This document shows, one piece after another, positions 1 through 9,209 of a stretch of 64,000 nucleotides of DNA. This DNA is from Polyangiaceae bacterium. Lineage in GTDB: Bacteria; Myxococcota_A; Polyangia; Polyangiales; Polyangiaceae. A program made the translations under genes and the position numbers. The notes below the pieces were generated by a model. That model was given only the letters and a program-made list of their open reading frames with translations, was not told where the DNA came from and searched no databases. The number at the start of each line of letters is the position of its first letter. Positions within the stretch are counted from its first letter, which is position 1. The DNA lies in the NCBI GenBank assembly GCA_019637295.1, contig JAHBVX010000011.1:17735-81734 (forward strand), in the 5' to 3' direction.

Positions 1-45
1 GGATTGCGCGCCGGTCCGCCCGGAAGTGTGCTACCGGACGCGCCC

Positions 46-1485
46 ATGCCGGGTCCGCGCGTCCGCTTTGCCCCGTCGCCCAGCGGCTACCTCCACATCG
101 GTGGCGCGCGCACGGCGCTGTTCAACTGGCTCTGGGCCAGGAGCCAGGGGGGCACCTTCGTGCTGCGCATCGAGGACTCGGACCAAGAGCGCTCCAGCCT
201 CGACTCGGTGCGCGCGATCCTGGACGCCATGCGCTGGCTGGGGCTCGACTGGGACGAGGGGCCCGAGGTGGGCGGAGGCTCGGGTCCCTATTTTCAGAGC
301 GAGCGCAAGGCGCGCTATCGCGAAGCGGCCGACACGCTGATCCGCTCGGGCCACGCCTTCCGCTGCTACTGCACCAAGGACGAGCTGGACCGAGCCCGCG
401 CCGACCTCAAGGCGCGGGATCCCAAGGCCCAGTTCGTCTACCCGGGCACTTGCCGGGACCGCCAGGGCGAGCCTGACCTGCCGTTCGTGGTGCGATTCCG
501 CGCTCCTCGCAGCGGCGCCACGGAGTTCGTCGACAAGGTGTTCGGCCCCGTCAGCACCCCGAACGACGTCCAGCAAGACTTCGTGATCGTGCGCAGTGAC
601 GGCTTCCCGCTCTACAACCTGGGCTGCGTGGTGGATGACCACGACATGGGCATCACCCTGGTGGCCCGCGGGCGAGACCACATCGGCAACACGCCCCAGC
701 AGGTCCTCCTGTACCAAGCCTTCGGCTGGAGCGTGCCCGAGCTGGCCCACCTGCCCATGATGCTCTCGCCGAAGGGCGAGAAGCTGAGCAAGCGTCACGC
801 CTCGGTCAGCGTCTCGGACTATCGGCAGCGGGGTTACACACCGATGGGCGTGCTCAACTATCTGGTGCGTTTCGGCTGGTCCCACGGGGATCAGGAGATC
901 TTCACTCGAGACGAGCTGGTGCGGCTCTTTTCCTGGGAGCGAGTGAACAAGAGCGACGGCAAGTTCGACGAGAAGAAGTTCGCGGACGTGGCCTTCGAGC
1001 AGCTCAAGCAGCCGCGCCTCATGCCGGACGACGAGTATCGTGCCGCGGTTCGCCCGTTCCTGGGCGAGCGTGGGCTCGACCCGGTGGACGACGAGCGCCT
1101 CGCGCGGGCGCTGCCTACCATCCGGGAGCGCGCCCACACGCTGGTCGAGGCCGCCCACGCGCTCGACTACTACTTCCGTGACCCACCCGAGCTCGACGAG
1201 GCCGCCCGGAGCAAGTGCCTGACCCCTCAGGCCGCCCCCCACCTGCAGGCTGTCGCCGAGTGGCTAGCGGCGGTGGAGCCCTTCGACGTGCCGACCCTCG
1301 ACGCGGGCTTCGCCGCCCTCGTCAAGCAGCGCGGGCTCGAGATGAAGCACGTGGCTCAGCCCGTCCGAGTCGCGCTCACCGGTCGCACCGCCAGCCCGCC
1401 CCTGTTCGAGGTGGCAGCGGTGCTCGGACGCCAATCGACCGTAGACCGCCTGCTTCGCGCCGCGGAGATCGCCCGCTCGGGCTAG
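46..1485 (+). CDS. gltX: glutamate--tRNA ligase
   Basis: ORF 4..1485. It has the class I aaRS HIGH motif (PSPSGYLHIGGART) and a KMSKS-type KLSKR, and looks GluRS-like along its whole length. I prefer the ATG at 46 over the in-frame TTG at 4. Confidence 0.93.
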   Translation: MPGPRVRFAPSPSGYLHIGGARTALFNWLWARSQGGTFVLRIEDSDQERSSLDSVRAILDAMRWLGLDWDEGPEVGGGSGPYFQSERKARYREAADTLIRSGHAFRCYCTKDELDRARADLKARDPKAQFVYPGTCRDRQGEPDLPFVVRFRAPRSGATEFVDKVFGPVSTPNDVQQDFVIVRSDGFPLYNLGCVVDDHDMGITLVARGRDHIGNTPQQVLLYQAFGWSVPELAHLPMMLSPKGEKLSKRHASVSVSDYRQRGYTPMGVLNYLVRFGWSHGDQEIFTRDELVRLFSWERVNKSDGKFDEKKFADVAFEQLKQPRLMPDDEYRAAVRPFLGERGLDPVDDERLARALPTIRERAHTLVEAAHALDYYFRDPPELDEAARSKCLTPQAAPHLQAVAEWLAAVEPFDVPTLDAGFAALVKQRGLEMKHVAQPVRVALTGRTASPPLFEVAAVLGRQSTVDRLLRAAEIARSG

Positions 1486-1497
1486 CCACCAGCCGCC

Positions 1498-2472
1498 ATG
1501 GACACGTGGACGTGGGCGAGCGCGCCGGAGCTTCTGCTCCCGCTGATGCGCCTGAAGAGCATCTCCTGGTTCGACTCCCTGCTCGGCTATCCGCCAATCA
1601 AGGCGCTGCTCCCGATCCCGATCCTGCTGGCGCTCGCGCCCGCCGTGTACTGGTTCTTCAAGGACACTTGGCGGGAGCTGGACCGGGAGGCGGCGGCCGC
1701 CCGGGCCGCGCGGGCCGACAGCGGCGAGCTCGATCTTCGGCCGGCGGCCTGCCTGACGATCGTGGCCGTGGTGCTCACTCTGCAGGAGTACTACGGGGGC
1801 CGGCAGTTCTACGACACCACCCTGAGGCCCTGGCTGGTAGAGCTGGATCGCGGGGGCGCGACGTGGCTGAAGCTCGATCGCTACGACGAGCTGTACGGCT
1901 ACAGCTGGTGGGCCTTCTCCCGCGCCCTCGGCTACGTGCTGGTGCCCCTGCCGCTGTGGAAGCTGATGTTTCCGAAGGACAGCCTGCTGGACATGGGCTT
2001 CCGGTTCAAAGGCCTGCTCAGCCACTTGTGGATCTACGGGCTGTGCCTGGCCGTCGTGGTCCCGGCGATGCTGATCGTCGCCTCCCAGCCGGACTTCGGC
2101 GGCTACTACCCGTTCTACAAGAACAGCTCGCGCAGCTGGTTCGATCTCATTTCCTGGGAAGTCGTGTACTTCATTCAGTTTTTGACACTGGAGATGTTCT
2201 TCCGGGGTTGGATGGTCGGCGCCCTGCGCAAGAGCCTCGGCTCGGGAGCCATCTTCGCCATGGCCGTTCCCTACTGCATGATCCACTACGGCAAGCCGTA
2301 CCTCGAGGCTCACGGCGCCATCGTCGCCGGCGTCGTGCTCGGCTCCCTCGCCATGAGGACCCGCAGCATCTACTCCGGCTTCCTGGTCCACATCACAGTC
2401 GCGCTGCTGATGGATCTGCTCGCCCTCTGGAAGCGGGACGCCCTGCCCACGACGTTTTGGGCGGCGAGCTGA
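1498..2472 (+). CDS. CPBP-family (CAAX/Abi-type) intramembrane protease, polytopic membrane protein
   Basis: 324-aa ORF with its ATG 12 nt after the gltX stop. It has several hydrophobic helices. CPBP-like motifs are LEMFFRGW (ExxxR with only one Glu), YCMIHYG (FxxxH-like) and FLVHITVALLMD (third His motif). Confidence 0.7.
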   Translation: MDTWTWASAPELLLPLMRLKSISWFDSLLGYPPIKALLPIPILLALAPAVYWFFKDTWRELDREAAAARAARADSGELDLRPAACLTIVAVVLTLQEYYGGRQFYDTTLRPWLVELDRGGATWLKLDRYDELYGYSWWAFSRALGYVLVPLPLWKLMFPKDSLLDMGFRFKGLLSHLWIYGLCLAVVVPAMLIVASQPDFGGYYPFYKNSSRSWFDLISWEVVYFIQFLTLEMFFRGWMVGALRKSLGSGAIFAMAVPYCMIHYGKPYLEAHGAIVAGVVLGSLAMRTRSIYSGFLVHITVALLMDLLALWKRDALPTTFWAAS

Positions 2473-2551
2473 AGTTTTTTCTCCGTTTCCCAGGCCGCGC
2501 GCGCTATTTCAGCGCCAGCCTTCGTCCCGGTGACCGAAAAAGGAGCGAGCG

Positions 2552-4474
2552 TTGAACGACTCGAACGACAGCGAACCGCTGTGGTCCGTCCAGAGGAGCG
2601 TGCAGCTCTACCAGATCAGCGGCTGGGGTGATCCGTACTTCACGGTCAACCTCGACGGCCAGGTCGTGGTGCGACCGGATCCGACCCGAGACACCACCGT
2701 CAACTTGTACGACCTCACGCAGGGGCTCAAGGATCGCGGTCTGGACTTGCCGCTGCTGATTCGCTTCTCCGACATCGTGGGCCACCGCATCCGCTGTCTG
2801 AACGAGGCGTTCCAGCAGGCGATCAAGGAGCATGACTACGCCGGCACCTACCGCGGCGTGTTTCCGGTCAAGGTCAATCAGCAGCGTCACCTCGTCGAGT
2901 CCATCGTGGAGGCCGGCCGGCCCTGGCAGTACGGGCTCGAGGCGGGCTCCAAGCCCGAGCTCTTGATCGCGCTCGCGGCGATGCAAGACGTCGGCGGCCT
3001 GATCATCTGCAACGGCTACAAGGATCAGCACTACATCGAGACCGCGCTCGTCGCGCAGAAGTTCGACAAGACGGTGATCGTGGTGCTCGAGCGCGCGGAC
3101 GAGCTCGACACGGTGCTGCGGGCCAGCGAGAAGCTCGGCATCAAGCCGATGCTCGGCGTACGCGCCAAGCTCACCGCCAAGGGCGTGGGGCGCTGGGCGG
3201 ACTCGGCCGGAGACCGCGCCAAGTTCGGACTATCCACCAGCGAGATGGTGGAGCTCGTGGATCGCCTGGCCGAGTGCGACATGCTCGACTCCCTGGTGCT
3301 GCTGCACTTCCACATCGGCAGCCAGATCTCGAGCATCATCCCGCTGAAGAACGCCATCCAAGAGGCCGCGAACATTTACGTGGAGCTGGCCAAGATGGGC
3401 TGCCGCATGGGCTACCTGGACGTGGGCGGGGGACTCGCCATCGACTATGACGGCTCCAAGACCGACTTCCACGCCTCCAAGAACTACGGCCTGCACGAGT
3501 ACGCCGCAGACATCGTCTCGCACGTACACGCGGCGTGCACCAAGTCCGACGTCGCCGTGCCCACGCTCGTGAGCGAGAGTGGGCGCGCGGTCGCTGCTCA
3601 CCACTCGGTGTTGGTCTTCGAGGTGGTGGGCACGAGCGAGGTGCGCTTCGGCGTGCCCCAGGAGCCTCCGCCCGAGGCGCATCGCCTGCTGAAGGACATG
3701 TTCGAGACCTACAAGGGCATCAGCAGCAAGAACGTGCAGGAGTCGTGGCACGACGCGAGCCAGGCCAAAGAGGAAGCGCAGAACCTCTTCAAGTACGGTT
3801 ACCTGGGGTTGCGCGAGCGCGCGCAGGCCGAGCGGCTGTTCTGGGCCTGCTGCGAGAAGATCCAGGAGCGGCTGCGCAAGCTCAAGTTCGTCCCCGAGGA
3901 GCTGTGGCACCTCGAGCAGACGCTGTCGGCCATCTACTACTGCAACTTCAGTCTGTTCCAGTCCGCCCCCGACATCTGGGCCATCGACCAGCTCTTCCCC
4001 ATCATCCCCATTCATCGCCTGACCGAGGAGCCGACGGTCACCGCGCGGCTGGCGGATCTGACCTGCGACAGTGACGGTATCATCGACCGCTTCATCGACG
4101 TCGAGGACGACAAGCACGTGCTCGAGGTCCACGAGTGGAAGAGGGGTGAGCGCTATTACCTAGGGATGTTCCTGAACGGCGCGTATCAGGAGATCCTCGG
4201 GGACTTGCACAACCTGTTCGGCGACACCAACGCGGTGCACCTGCGCCTGACGGACGACGACAACTACGAGGTGCGCCACGTCATCAAGGGTGACAGCATC
4301 GCCGAGGTCCTGCGCTACGTGGAGTACATCCCCGAAGACATGATCGAGGCGGTGCGACGCCAAGCGGAACGCGCGGTGTCCAGCGGGCGGCTGACCAACG
4401 AGCAGATGCGCACCATGATGGCCCACTACGAGTCCGCACTCCGGAGCTACACGTATCTGACCGAGAGCGAGTGA
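2552..4474 (+). CDS. speA: biosynthetic arginine decarboxylase
   Basis: 640-aa ORF with a SpeA-type sequence (YRGVFPVKVNQQRHLVESIV, HFHIGSQI, GYLDVGGGLAIDYDG). The TTG start at 2552 follows a strong AAAGGAG Shine-Dalgarno at a 6-nt spacer. Confidence 0.92.
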   Translation: MNDSNDSEPLWSVQRSVQLYQISGWGDPYFTVNLDGQVVVRPDPTRDTTVNLYDLTQGLKDRGLDLPLLIRFSDIVGHRIRCLNEAFQQAIKEHDYAGTYRGVFPVKVNQQRHLVESIVEAGRPWQYGLEAGSKPELLIALAAMQDVGGLIICNGYKDQHYIETALVAQKFDKTVIVVLERADELDTVLRASEKLGIKPMLGVRAKLTAKGVGRWADSAGDRAKFGLSTSEMVELVDRLAECDMLDSLVLLHFHIGSQISSIIPLKNAIQEAANIYVELAKMGCRMGYLDVGGGLAIDYDGSKTDFHASKNYGLHEYAADIVSHVHAACTKSDVAVPTLVSESGRAVAAHHSVLVFEVVGTSEVRFGVPQEPPPEAHRLLKDMFETYKGISSKNVQESWHDASQAKEEAQNLFKYGYLGLRERAQAERLFWACCEKIQERLRKLKFVPEELWHLEQTLSAIYYCNFSLFQSAPDIWAIDQLFPIIPIHRLTEEPTVTARLADLTCDSDGIIDRFIDVEDDKHVLEVHEWKRGERYYLGMFLNGAYQEILGDLHNLFGDTNAVHLRLTDDDNYEVRHVIKGDSIAEVLRYVEYIPEDMIEAVRRQAERAVSSGRLTNEQMRTMMAHYESALRSYTYLTESE

Positions 4475-4538
4475 GGGGCGCGTCTTCGGTGTTGGCCCGG
4501 CGCGGGAGCGACAGCGGTCCGCAGCCCGGGTGGGGGCG

Positions 4539-5978
4539 TCACTCCACGACGAACTCGACTCGCCGATTCTTGGACCGCGCCTCGTCGCTCGTGTCCTTCA
4601 CCAGTGGGCGGTCCGGTCCGTAGCCCTCGGCGCTCAGGCGGTTGGGCGCCACGCGGCCACGGTCGATCAAGTACTGACGGACGGCCTGCGCGCGCTGGCG
4701 AGAGAGCCTGCGGTTGACCTCCTTCGGGCCGGTATCGTCCGTGTGGCCTTCGACTCGTACCTTCACGTCCGCGTTGGCCTTGATCATCAGGGCCACCTGG
4801 TCGAGCAGCGAGTGGGACTCTTCCTTGATCTCGGCTTTGCCGTGCTCGAACGTGACCGCGTCCAGGATCTTGAACTGGCCATCTTCGTAGATCACGCGGG
4901 GATCGCCGCTGTCTGGGCAGCCGTCGTGGTCGTCCACGCCGTTGATGGTCTCCTTGGCATCCGGGCACAGATCGTAGCGATCCGGTACCCCGTCCCCGTC
5001 GCTGTCCAGGTCCTCCTCGGGGCAGCCGTCGGTGTCTCGGTCGCCGTCGCGGTCCTCGGGCACATCAGGACACTGGTCTTCGTCGTCGGGAATGCCATCG
5101 TTGTCGCGGTCATGGGCCGTGGGCCTGAAGCGTACGCCCGCGAACACACGGAAGGTGGGGACGCCGTAGCCCGGGATCAAGCCGACACCAGGGCCCGCGG
5201 TGAGCTCCCACTCGGGGGTCGGAGCGTGGCGCAGATAAGCGAAGCCCTCGAGCGGTAGCTCTTCCGCATCGCTCGAACGCAGGCCCACCCCGCCGTTGAG
5301 CTCCAAGCCGATCTCGGTGTTGCCGGTGATCCCCCCGAAGCGATAGCCGACCGCTGCTGCGTACGCCAGCTCGCTCCCGGCCTGGACGTTGCCAAAGTCC
5401 GCGTCTTCTCGGAACAGCACGCCGAGGTTGAAGCCGACGCGGATCCCGTTGATGAAGCGGTGGTCGAGGATGGCCTTGGGCAAGAGCTCGAAGCCGTCTC
5501 CCGTCCCGGAGAAGTCTCCGGTGTGCGTGGGAACGCGCACCTCCGCGGCCAAGGCGAGGCCAACGCTCTCCCGATCGTCGAGTAGTCGCAGCTTGGGTAC
5601 GACCCGCAGCTTGCCCAGTCCGGTGCTCGATGGATCCGCGTCCCCGCTCTGGAGCACGAACGCGGGCAGTCCGACGCCGATCGCCAAGGGACCGGTGAGC
5701 GTCACGGAGCCGAGGACGTCGACGCCCAGGCGACCGCCGACGAAGCTCGCGACGTAGTCGCCCGAACCGTCGACGACGACGAGGGGTCGGTAGGCGTAGT
5801 TGAGGAACAGCCCGAGCTCGAGCGGGTCCTGGCCGGGCCGCACCGCCGAGCCTTCTGCGTTCACGAACCCGTCGTGCGTGACGGCGGGCTGAAAACGTTC
5901 GGCGCTGACTTGCGCCATGGCGGGCGCGGAGAGCCCGAACAGCGATAGGAACAGGAGCGTCGCGTTGATGGGGCGCAT
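4539..5978 (-). CDS. OmpA-family outer-membrane protein with thrombospondin type-3-like Ca-binding repeats (TraB-like architecture)
   Basis: Signal peptide MRPINATLLFLSLFGLSAPAMAQ, followed by a beta-rich N-terminal half. Asp-rich repeats DRDNDGIPDDEDQCPDVPEDRDGDRDTDGCPEEDLDSDGDGVPDRYDLCPD come next. The C-terminal OmpA domain reads VRVEGHTDDTGPKEVNRRLSRQRAQAV...NRRVEFVV. Its start lies 16 nt downstream of the stop of the preceding gene. Confidence 0.88.
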   Translation of the reverse strand: MRPINATLLFLSLFGLSAPAMAQVSAERFQPAVTHDGFVNAEGSAVRPGQDPLELGLFLNYAYRPLVVVDGSGDYVASFVGGRLGVDVLGSVTLTGPLAIGVGLPAFVLQSGDADPSSTGLGKLRVVPKLRLLDDRESVGLALAAEVRVPTHTGDFSGTGDGFELLPKAILDHRFINGIRVGFNLGVLFREDADFGNVQAGSELAYAAAVGYRFGGITGNTEIGLELNGGVGLRSSDAEELPLEGFAYLRHAPTPEWELTAGPGVGLIPGYGVPTFRVFAGVRFRPTAHDRDNDGIPDDEDQCPDVPEDRDGDRDTDGCPEEDLDSDGDGVPDRYDLCPDAKETINGVDDHDGCPDSGDPRVIYEDGQFKILDAVTFEHGKAEIKEESHSLLDQVALMIKANADVKVRVEGHTDDTGPKEVNRRLSRQRAQAVRQYLIDRGRVAPNRLSAEGYGPDRPLVKDTSDEARSKNRRVEFVVE

Positions 5979-5994
5979 GGATCCTCGACCAGGT

Positions 5995-6116
5995 TCAGCG
6001 ACGGCGCGCGCGAGTGCGGCGACGCACCACGAGCGCCAGCCCCAACGCGACCATCAGCCCGAGGTGGCGGGCGGGTAGCCACGGAGCCTGCGCCGCACGG
6101 CAGGCGCACGCGCCTC
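5995..6116 (-). other. MYXO-CTERM-type C-terminal sorting tag (tag 1 of 5 in window)
   Basis: GGACACRAAQAPWLPARHLGLMVALGLALVVRRRTRARRR-stop. This is a Gly/Cys motif, a hydrophobic helix and an Arg cluster. Confidence 0.8.
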
Positions 6117-7194
6117 CCTGGATCTCGTCCTCGGGCCCGAGCGAGAGCCCGGCGCTGCCGGCGCTGCCGGTGCTGCCAATACAGCGGCCGTCGGGTCCAC
6201 AGCGCCGGCCAGCGCCGCACGAATCGTCGCTGTCGCAGTTGGCGCACTGTCCGCCGGCGCAGTAGCGCGTGGCGCAGTCGGCGCCTTCACTACAGGTGCC
6301 GCTCGGCACCAGCAGGCAGCGCCCCTCGCTGCAACGATGCCCGCTCGGGCAATCCGTGTCCAAGGCGCATGGCGGCGTCAGCACGCACTTGCCAGAGACG
6401 CATCGGCCGCCGTTCGGACACTGGGCATCACTGGAGCACGAGCCTGGTGGAACCGACAGGTCCGGTATCCCGTCCTTGTTCGAGTCGGCGGGAACGCACG
6501 GGCCAACCGTGCCCACCTCGAGATCCCCAGCGCCGAGGGCAGCGGTCTCGTTCGTGGTACGAAAGTACAGGTTGACGTCGCACGCCGGCGTGACCCCGAC
6601 TTGGGAAAGCGTCACCGAGAGCTGGATGTACCCGTGCGCATCCTCGCCAACCCGGATGGGGTCGAGGTGACTGCCGCTCTCGCCGCCGATCTGCGCCGGC
6701 GGCACGTTGACCGTCTGGAATCCGCCGGCCTGCCATGCCCACACGTTGGAGATGGAGCCATTGCCGCGGGCCGCGAGCACGTACTCGTAGCCCCCGTTGG
6801 AGGCGTCGGCGACGAACCGTGCGTCGATGTCCGTGGCCGCGGCGCTGCCGCCGGTCGAGGGGTTACGGTCGTTGTCGAGGAACACGTACGCCGTCACGTT
6901 GCCACCGGGACCGTTGGTGTCCGAGACGTACACGCGGGCCCAGAAGCGCGCGTTGTCAGCCATGGCGTAGGCGGTACGTATGTCGATCGCGCGTTCGGGG
7001 GGATTGAACTCGGCGAGGCCGTCGCCGGCGACGTCCTCCGCGCCCCAGGGCCAGCCTGGCTCCCCGGTCTTGTCGATGGCGACGAGCTCGGCCAGCGACG
7101 GCCCCTGCCGCCCCGGGCCCCAGGTCTGCCCCGAGGCCGGCGCGACTGCCAGGAGCAGCGTCGCAGCCGCGTACTTCGTGATCCCGAACCGCAT
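5995..7194 (-). CDS. secreted surface protein: N-terminal beta-rich domain, Cys-rich repeats, MYXO-CTERM tag (TraA-like architecture)
   Basis: Signal peptide MRFGITKYAAATLLLAVAPASGQ, then an uncharacterised domain of about 230 aa. Repeated C-x-x-D-x-x-C-P-x-G-x-x-C-x-x-G-x-C units follow (SSDAQCPNGGRCVSGKC, LDTDCPSGHRCSEGRC, EGADCATRYCAGGQC, DSDDSCGAGRRCGPDGRC). The C-terminus is GGACACRAAQ, a hydrophobic helix, then RRRTRARRR. Confidence 0.85.
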   Translation of the reverse strand: MRFGITKYAAATLLLAVAPASGQTWGPGRQGPSLAELVAIDKTGEPGWPWGAEDVAGDGLAEFNPPERAIDIRTAYAMADNARFWARVYVSDTNGPGGNVTAYVFLDNDRNPSTGGSAAATDIDARFVADASNGGYEYVLAARGNGSISNVWAWQAGGFQTVNVPPAQIGGESGSHLDPIRVGEDAHGYIQLSVTLSQVGVTPACDVNLYFRTTNETAALGAGDLEVGTVGPCVPADSNKDGIPDLSVPPGSCSSDAQCPNGGRCVSGKCVLTPPCALDTDCPSGHRCSEGRCLLVPSGTCSEGADCATRYCAGGQCANCDSDDSCGAGRRCGPDGRCIGSTGSAGSAGLSLGPEDEIQGGACACRAAQAPWLPARHLGLMVALGLALVVRRRTRARRR

Positions 7195-7324
7195 GCGGCG
7201 TCAGTGGCGTCTAGTCTGGCTCGTTATGACGGTCGGTCGAAAGCCGCCGCATCCCTCAGGCGTTTGCTGGACGTGGCCCGGACAAGCCCGTACGATCATC
7301 TACCGGGCTCTGGTCCCCCGTCCG

Positions 7325-7951
7325 ATGGTTCGCCGCTTCGCTCTCCGTCTGCTCGTCCCCGCTGGGGTCCTGGCGCTCATGAGCCAGAGCTCTACCGGTC
7401 GGGCCGACATCTACAAGACCGTGGACGCGGACGGCGTCATTTCCTTCACGAGCGCGCCCAAGGGCAAGGGAAGTGTGCTCGTCGCCAAGGGTCAGAAGAA
7501 GGACAAGCTGCCCGCGTTCATGCCCCAAGACACGTCCCCGGAGCGCTTCACGCGCTACGACGTGCACATCCGGCAGGCGGCCACGCTCTACCAGATACCC
7601 GAGGAGCTGGTGCGTGCCGTCATCAAGGTCGAGAGCGACTTCGACCCGCGCGCGGTGTCGAAGGCCAACGCGCGTGGGTTGATGCAGATGATCCCGGCCA
7701 CGGCGGAGCGCATGATGGTGACGGACGTGTTCGACCCAAGGCAGAACGTGTTCGGCGGCGTGCGCTATCTGCGCGTGCTCGCGAACTTGTTCAACGGCGA
7801 TCTCGAGCTGACGATCGCCGCCTACAACGCGGGTGAGGGTGCCGTCATGCGGCACGGCGGCATCCCACCCTACGAAGAGACACGCATGTACGTGGCCAAG
7901 GTGCTGACGTACTACCGGCACTACCGCGCGGTGAGCCTGACGGCTCGCTGA
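7325..7951 (+). CDS. lytic transglycosylase (DUF4124-like N-terminus plus SLT domain)
   Basis: In-frame ATG at 7325 within ORF 6980..7951 gives the signal-like MVRRFALRLLVPAGVLALMS. Next come IYKTVDADGVISFTS and the SLT catalytic region VIKVESDFDPRAVSKANARGLMQMIP...AAYNAGEGAV. Confidence 0.87.
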   Translation: MVRRFALRLLVPAGVLALMSQSSTGRADIYKTVDADGVISFTSAPKGKGSVLVAKGQKKDKLPAFMPQDTSPERFTRYDVHIRQAATLYQIPEELVRAVIKVESDFDPRAVSKANARGLMQMIPATAERMMVTDVFDPRQNVFGGVRYLRVLANLFNGDLELTIAAYNAGEGAVMRHGGIPPYEETRMYVAKVLTYYRHYRAVSLTAR

Positions 7952-7964
7952 GCGGCCTGGCGCG

Positions 7965-9014
7965 CTACCTCTTCGCCGGCGTGCGGGAGCGCCTCTTGGC
8001 GTAGCCCGCCAGGGCCTGCTCGAGTTCGTGCTGGACCCGCTCGACGAGCTCCGGCGGCTCGATGACCCGCGCCCGCGCTCCCCACTCGAGCACCCAGCTC
8101 GCGACGGGGTTGAGGTTGCCCACCGTCATCGTCAAGCGCACGCCGCCGCCGGCCACGGACGCCAGCTTCTGGGTCGCGTGCACCTTCCGCATGCGTACGT
8201 ACTCGGCGGCCTGGGCGTCGAAATCCACCACCACCTTGCGCTTCTTCTCGCTCTTCCACACCCCGAGCTCGCCCTGGAAGTACTCGCCCACGTCGAAGCT
8301 GGCGGGGAGCTCGAACCGCTCGGTGACGGAGCACTCGGTGTCGCGCATGCGGTCGAGGACGAACGTGCGGACTTCGCCCCGGGCGACGTGGTGACCGACG
8401 CAATAGATGGCATCCCGATGCAGCACCATCGCGTAGGGATGGAGCGTGATCCGCTCCTCCTGGGCGCGGCTGCTGCTGCGGTACGAGAGGGTGAGCGGGC
8501 GCAGATCGCTCACGGCCTGGAACAGGTCGTCGAGCTCCTCGGTCTTGTCGCCGTAGTTCTTGGGCGCGAAGGGCAGGTACAAGAAGCGGTCCTCGAGCCT
8601 GGCGTCCGCGAGCCCCGCGTTCGGCCCGCGGCCCGGGCGCTGCGCGAACGCGAGCAGCTTCTTGGTGGCCAGGTCGATCTCGTCGAACAGCGCCGAGCCT
8701 CGCATGGGCTCGAACAGCCGCCGAGCGGCGAGGATGGCATAGGCCTGGGTGCGCCTCAGCTCGACCTTGCGCGGGATCTCGCTCGCGCGGATGCGCCAGA
8801 GCAGCGCCCCGCCAGCGCGGGAGGGGGAGCTCTCGAGGTCCAGCTCCCGCTCCACCTCTTTGAGGTAGCGCCGCATCGTCCGGGGGCTGACCGAGATCGC
8901 GTCGGCCAGCTCGTACAGGGACACGCCCCTGGGGTGCTTGGTGAGCAGCTCGCGCAGTCGATCCAGGCGACGATGCTGCGTGAACCGACCTCGGGGCCGC
9001 CCAACCTTGGCCAT
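7965..9014 (-). CDS. WYL-domain transcriptional regulator (HTH + WYL + WCX, YafY/PafBC-like)
   Basis: Only the last 349 codons of the 1487-aa ORF 7965..12428 look real, starting at ATG 9014 (MAKVGRPRG...). HTH: VSLYELADAISVSPRTMRRYLKEVE. WYL core: ITLHPYAMVLHRDAIYCVGHHVARGEVRTFVLDRM. C-terminal WCX-like segment: VASWVLEWGARARVIEPPELVERV. Confidence 0.87.
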   Translation of the reverse strand: MAKVGRPRGRFTQHRRLDRLRELLTKHPRGVSLYELADAISVSPRTMRRYLKEVERELDLESSPSRAGGALLWRIRASEIPRKVELRRTQAYAILAARRLFEPMRGSALFDEIDLATKKLLAFAQRPGRGPNAGLADARLEDRFLYLPFAPKNYGDKTEELDDLFQAVSDLRPLTLSYRSSSRAQEERITLHPYAMVLHRDAIYCVGHHVARGEVRTFVLDRMRDTECSVTERFELPASFDVGEYFQGELGVWKSEKKRKVVVDFDAQAAEYVRMRKVHATQKLASVAGGGVRLTMTVGNLNPVASWVLEWGARARVIEPPELVERVQHELEQALAGYAKRRSRTPAKR

Positions 9015-9209
9015 CAGACGACTCGCTACGGTCGATCCCCGGCCCGAGTCAAGTCGGTGGGGCTCGGTGGCAAGGGCAGGCCCCCGAAGCTCCTTGAGGG
9101 CGCCCCGGTGGAGGTGTAGTCTTGATGGCGTGTGTGCTCGGGCCACCTTCCCTCGCGGACGGCTGGACGCCCACATGTGCGTGACGGCGGTCGCGCGGGA
9201 GCCTAGCCA
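9015..9209. promoter_or_regulatory. divergent intergenic region between the WYL regulator and the giant surface-protein cassette (presumed promoters/operator)
   Basis: 195-nt non-coding gap between two divergently oriented starts (9014 minus, 9210 plus). A GGGAG Shine-Dalgarno-like element sits about 9 nt before ATG 9210. No promoter hexamers could be assigned confidently. Confidence 0.35.
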
